Shown here in pieces: positions 4,413 through 7,273 of a stretch of 7,273 nt of DNA. How positions within the stretch are numbered: the first letter of the stretch is position 1; the number at the start of each line of letters is the position of its first letter. The notes beneath the pieces are model-generated. The model was not told the DNA's origin, made no database searches, and saw only the letters and a list, made by a program, of their open reading frames with translations. Source of the stretch: an uncultured Clostridia bacterium (GTDB lineage Bacteria; Bacillota; Clostridia; Oscillospirales; Acutalibacteraceae). The stretch covers positions 1 through 7,273 of the forward strand of contig CALAQQ010000068.1 of the NCBI GenBank assembly GCA_937888485.1. Reading direction: 5' to 3'. Both the position numbers and the translations under genes were made by a program.

Positions 4413-4485
4413 ATCTCAAAGTTGTCAAAAGTTGATAGTTTAAAGCTAATTGAATCGATTTAAACTCTTTTGAGCGGATTTGCAG

Positions 4486-5418
4486 TTATTTATTAAGTTT
4501 TATTCTTTCACTATTGGATTTAAAATTATTTAAAGGGGAGAATGCATCGTAGTTCTTTGTTATATCCTTATCAAATATAGCACAATAATGTTTTGTCATA
4601 TCGAGAGTTGAATGTCCCAATAACCTCTGCAAAGTAAAAGCGTTGCCGCCGCAGTCAACCAAATACTTCTTAGCAAAAGTGTGTCTGAACAAGTGAATGC
4701 TTGTCTTTTGGACACCTCTGCGTTTGTTATACTTTGCAATAGTGCATCGTAAACCGTTTTCTGATAGCTGACCGCCTGTTTCATTCGGGAAAAGGAAATC
4801 ATCGTCTGAACCGCCTCTTATTCTCATATATTCATTTAATATACCGCAAAGCAAAGAACAGAGGGGTATCACCTGAGATTTCTTGTTTTTGGTGTGCCTG
4901 AGGTAAATCACCTGATTGTTCAGGTCAACATCTTTGTTGGTAATATTGCGGACTGAGGCGGCACGGCAACCGTTATTCAAGAGTAAATTTATTATCACCC
5001 AATTACGGTATTCTGAAAAACTGCACTTCCTCATATTGGGCTTGTTCAATAGCAATTTAAGCTCTAAATCGGTATAGGTGTCCTTGATTGTTTCCTCAGC
5101 TCTATACCTTGACAGGCTCAAATTCGCAATTCCTTCTTCTTTGCACCAAGAGAAAAAAGATTTCAGAGTTCGGGTATAACTCTGTATCGAATTTGCGGAT
5201 AAGCCGACATCACGCATACTTGAAATCATTTTTTCAAGGTCAGCCTTTTCAATGGAATCCATAGGATTATCAATGGGTAAATGTTTTCCGATTGATGATA
5301 AATGCTCTTTATATGTCCTCAATGTCTTTTCGCTAAGACCCAAAGACTTTTTTGCGAGCAGGAAATCATCAAAGGTTTCCGCCATTGAAACTGAAACTTT
5401 CATCTTGATTTTTGCCAT
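4486..5418 (-). CDS. Tyrosine-type site-specific recombinase/integrase (310 aa)
   Basis: This is track ORF 4486..5454. I prefer ATG 5418 (MAKIKMKVSVSMAETFDDFLL...), which has an AGGAG RBS 10 nt upstream; the track start is a TTG. It has an N-terminal SAM-like core-binding domain. The catalytic signature is present: R in NGCRAASVRN, HLFRHTF (H..R), and LGHSTLDMTKHY (H...Y). The stop is TAA. Confidence 0.9.
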   Translation of the reverse strand: MAKIKMKVSVSMAETFDDFLLAKKSLGLSEKTLRTYKEHLSSIGKHLPIDNPMDSIEKADLEKMISSMRDVGLSANSIQSYTRTLKSFFSWCKEEGIANLSLSRYRAEETIKDTYTDLELKLLLNKPNMRKCSFSEYRNWVIINLLLNNGCRAASVRNITNKDVDLNNQVIYLRHTKNKKSQVIPLCSLLCGILNEYMRIRGGSDDDFLFPNETGGQLSENGLRCTIAKYNKRRGVQKTSIHLFRHTFAKKYLVDCGGNAFTLQRLLGHSTLDMTKHYCAIFDKDITKNYDAFSPLNNFKSNSERIKLNK

Positions 5419-5476
5419 TTTTGCAACACTCCTGATTCGTATATTTTTCGTCAAAAATCAAGCGTGTCAACAAAAC

Positions 5477-5520
5477 AAAGAAAAAACCGTTCAAACCTTT
5501 AAGTTTGAACGGTTTTCTTT
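5477..5520. terminator. Bidirectional rho-independent terminator between tRNA-Pro and the integrase gene
   Basis: CCGTTCAAAC (5487-5496) pairs with GTTTGAACGG (5503-5512). Flanking A4/T4 runs extend the stem. T-rich tracts follow it on both strands. It lies about 5 nt past the tRNA CCA end. Confidence 0.75.
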
Positions 5521-5524
5521 GTTA

Positions 5525-5600
5525 TGGTCCGAGTGGCGAGACTTGAACTCACGGCCTCTTGACCCCCAGTCAAGCGCGCTACCAACTGCGCCACACCCGG
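5525..5600 (-). tRNA. tRNA-Pro (anticodon GGG), 76 nt, with encoded CCA
   Basis: Manual cloverleaf fold of the minus strand: CCGGGTG TG GCGC AGTTGGTA GCGC G CTTGA CTGGGGG TCAAG AGGCC GTGAG TTCAAGT CTCGC CACTCGG A CCA. The 7-bp acceptor stem has one G-U pair. The C1-G72 pair and A73 are typical of bacterial tRNA-Pro. U33 is followed by GGG and G37. The T-loop is TTCAAGT. Confidence 0.85.
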
Positions 5601-5642
5601 ATATTCTGTTTTGGGTTGAGATTTATCAACTCAACGAATGCT

Positions 5643-5670
5643 ATTATAACACAGAAACTTGAAATGTCAA
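5643..5670 (-). promoter_or_regulatory. Promoter for tRNA-Pro (extended -10)
   Basis: On the minus strand: TTGACA (5670..5665), a 16-nt spacer, then TGtTATAAT (-10 at 5648..5643). It lies about 40 nt upstream of the mature tRNA 5' end. Confidence 0.6.
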
Positions 5671-5728
5671 GCAATTTTTCAAAAAAACCAAAAGTTTTTT
5701 TATTTTATCAATTTTTTTCATTTTCCTA

Positions 5729-5757
5729 TTGACAAACAGAAATTTTCGATGTATGAT
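5729..5757 (+). promoter_or_regulatory. Promoter for the symporter gene
   Basis: TTGACA (5729-5734), a 17-nt spacer, then TATGAT (5752-5757). An AAAGGAG RBS at 5801-5807 lies 8 nt before ATG 5816. Confidence 0.55.
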
Positions 5758-5815
5758 GTATTCACTTTAGCAGTTAAAAGCTTTAAAGCTGTAATGGTTA
5801 AAAGGAGTGAAGCAA

Positions 5816-7273
5816 ATGGATAGAATTGCAATATGGTTAACCATAGGTATTTACATTGTTATTATGGTTATAATCGGAATTACTCAGGGTAAAAAAGCAA
5901 AAAGCATTGCCGACCTCACAGTTGGCGGCAGAAACGCAGGCGCATGGCTCTCTGCCCTCTCTTACGGTACTGCTTATTTTTCGGCAGTTATGTTCGTAGG
6001 TTATGCAGGCGGTACCGGAAAAGGCTTCGGTCTCTGGGGTATTCTTGCGGGTCTTGGAAATGCTGTTTTCGGTTCATGGCTTGCATGGAAAGTTCTTGCA
6101 AGAAGAACAAGAGACACATCTTATCGTCTCAAGATTAAAACAATGCCGCAATTCCTTGAAAAGCGTTATTCAAGCGAAAGCATGCGACTTTTTGCATGCA
6201 TAATCATATTTGTATTCCTTATCCCTTATTCAGCATCGGTTTACAAGGGACTTGCTTCTGTTGCAGATGTTCTTCTTGGTATAAATGTTGAAATCTGTAT
6301 GATTATCATCGCTGTTGTCGCAGCACTTCTTCTTGTCTTCGGCGGTTATCTTGTTCAGGCAAGAGCCGACTTTATGCAGGGAATTGTTATGATGTTCGGC
6401 ATTGCACTTCTTATCGTATGTGTTATTCGCTGTGATGCCGTCGGAGGATTCGAAGGAATAATGGAATACGCACATACCCTCGGTACACAGCCTTCAGCAA
6501 CAAACGGATTACCCAAGCTCAACTCTTCACAGTGGATTTCACTCTGGGCAACCGTTCTCATGACAAGCTTCGGCACATGGGGTCTTCCTCAGATGGTTAC
6601 AAAGTATTTCGGAATCAAGAACGATACACAGGCAAAGAAAGGCATTACAATCTCTACATTCTTTGCATTTCTCGTTGCAGGTGGCGGATATTTCATCGGC
6701 TCGCTTTGCTACAGATACTTTACATATGCACAGCTTAACGATCCTGCAGACCCCAACTACATTGCGCAGGACTTCATCGTTCCGAATATGCTCAAGGAAT
6801 CAAATCTTCCCTCTGTTCTTCTCGGAATAGTTCTTGTTCTTCTCATTGCGGCTTCGGTTTCGACACTTTGCTCGGTAACACTTACCGCAAGCTCAACTCT
6901 TACAATTGACTTTATCAAACATTTCAAAAAAGACCTGAGCGATAAAAAATCATCATTGATTATTAAGGTATTATGTGTTATATTTGTAATATGTTCGTAT
7001 ATTATAGCTAACACGGACACCGCAATTCTTGACATGATGAGCTACTCATGGGGCATCATTTCAGGCTCTTTCCTTGCTCCTTACGTTATTTCTCTCTATT
7101 GGAAAAAGATGAACACCAAAGGTGCATGGGCAGGTATCATCGGCGGATTTGTTATTGCAGCAATTCCCGCAGCAGCAAAACTTGCAACAAACTTCACTGC
7201 CGATGAAACAGTTATTATGCTTGCAGGAAAAGGTCCCGTGTTTGCATGCATAGCAATGATCGCTTCACTTGCA
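5816..7273 (+). CDS. Sodium:solute symporter (SSS) family transporter, partial (486 codons, 3' end beyond the window)
   Basis: My own translation from ATG 5816 gives MDRIAIWLTIGIYIVIMVIIGITQGKKAKSIADLTVGGRNAGAWLSALSYGTAYFSAVMFVGYAGGTGKGFGLWGIL... and continues without a stop to 7273. It is a multi-span hydrophobic protein with the SSS-type N-terminal pattern (..GGR....W....S...T..SA..F.G..G). It is absent from the ORF track because it is open at the edge. The substrate cannot be told from sequence alone. Confidence 0.85.
   Translation, partial: MDRIAIWLTIGIYIVIMVIIGITQGKKAKSIADLTVGGRNAGAWLSALSYGTAYFSAVMFVGYAGGTGKGFGLWGILAGLGNAVFGSWLAWKVLARRTRDTSYRLKIKTMPQFLEKRYSSESMRLFACIIIFVFLIPYSASVYKGLASVADVLLGINVEICMIIIAVVAALLLVFGGYLVQARADFMQGIVMMFGIALLIVCVIRCDAVGGFEGIMEYAHTLGTQPSATNGLPKLNSSQWISLWATVLMTSFGTWGLPQMVTKYFGIKNDTQAKKGITISTFFAFLVAGGGYFIGSLCYRYFTYAQLNDPADPNYIAQDFIVPNMLKESNLPSVLLGIVLVLLIAASVSTLCSVTLTASSTLTIDFIKHFKKDLSDKKSSLIIKVLCVIFVICSYIIANTDTAILDMMSYSWGIISGSFLAPYVISLYWKKMNTKGAWAGIIGGFVIAAIPAAAKLATNFTADETVIMLAGKGPVFACIAMIASLA

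Larger units (their letters stand above)
1..5524. mobile_element. Integrated mobile genetic element (partial; left end outside the window) abutting the 3' end of tRNA-Pro
   Basis: A tyrosine integrase gene sits about 100 nt from the 3' end of a tRNA gene. The region also holds a serine recombinase, an XRE switch, RHH, Rep-like and GIY-YIG genes. It is visibly more AT-rich than the symporter gene to the right. Nearly all genes are co-oriented on the minus strand. The exact att sites were not identified. Confidence 0.7.

Noticed and set aside
4418-4465. Short repeats just downstream of the integrase stop: AAAGTTG twice at 4418-4434, and GTTTAAA/TTTAAAC inverted at 4438-4465. I considered them as possible arm-type integrase sites.
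   Set aside because: They are very short and AT-rich and are easily produced by chance in this composition. No matching copies occur near the tRNA end.
5525-5600. The tRNA next to the integrase as the amber suppressor
   Set aside because: The manual fold gives the anticodon loop CU-GGG-GG, that is Pro(GGG), with tRNA-Pro identity features (C1-G72, A73). It is not a CUA anticodon.
4246-5662. ORFs 4246..4443(+), 4596..4802(-) and 5252..5662(+)
   Set aside because: The first spans the promoter and terminator region. The second is an internal alternative frame of the integrase gene. The third is antisense to the integrase start and reads through the terminator and the tRNA gene.
5944-7035. Six short ORFs inside 5944-7035 on both strands
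   Set aside because: All are alternative frames within the long, uninterrupted and clearly transporter-like frame that starts at 5816.
1-7273. CRISPR arrays, rRNA genes, IS-element terminal inverted repeats, reverse transcriptase/retron or DGR signatures
   Set aside because: I scanned for regularly spaced direct repeats and for the relevant protein motifs and found none. The only repeat sets are the operator array (961-1057) and the iteron-like repeats (2472-2557).

Overview
The window splits into two parts. Positions 1-5524 are an AT-rich integrated mobile element, almost entirely minus-strand, whose left end lies beyond the window. Positions 5525-7273 look like host core. They hold a tRNA-Pro(GGG) gene with its own promoter and terminator, and a divergently transcribed sodium:solute symporter-family gene that runs off the right edge.

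Reading the minus strand leftward from the tRNA, the element contains:
- a tyrosine integrase, followed by a terminator;
- a promoter, two tandem paralogous genes of unknown function, and a terminator;
- a promoter driving an operon of a ribbon-helix-helix (MobC/CopG-like) protein, a winged-helix Rep-like protein with iteron-like repeats inside its gene, a GIY-YIG nuclease and two small ORFs, ending at a strong terminator;
- a convergent YozG-like XRE regulator on the plus strand;
- a mirror-symmetric divergent promoter region with five phased TACG-N5-CGTA operator-like sites;
- two small genes and the N-terminus of a resolvase/invertase-type serine recombinase, cut by the left edge.

Main finding: the first four genes of the RHH/Rep/GIY-YIG operon (3050 down to 1626) each carry in-frame TAG codons, and recognisable protein sequence continues in the same frame on both sides. 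There are six TAGs in about 480 codons. None of these genes has a frameshift or an internal TAA or TGA. Every other gene in the window is TAG-free, about 950 element codons plus 486 symporter codons. If TAG is read as sense, no element gene needs TAG as a terminator.

This points to amber-codon reassignment or suppressor dependence (translation-table-15-like) confined to one insulated transcription unit, rather than random decay. The only tRNA in the window has a GGG anticodon, so no suppressor tRNA is visible here. The ORF track missed these genes because it splits them at TAG.
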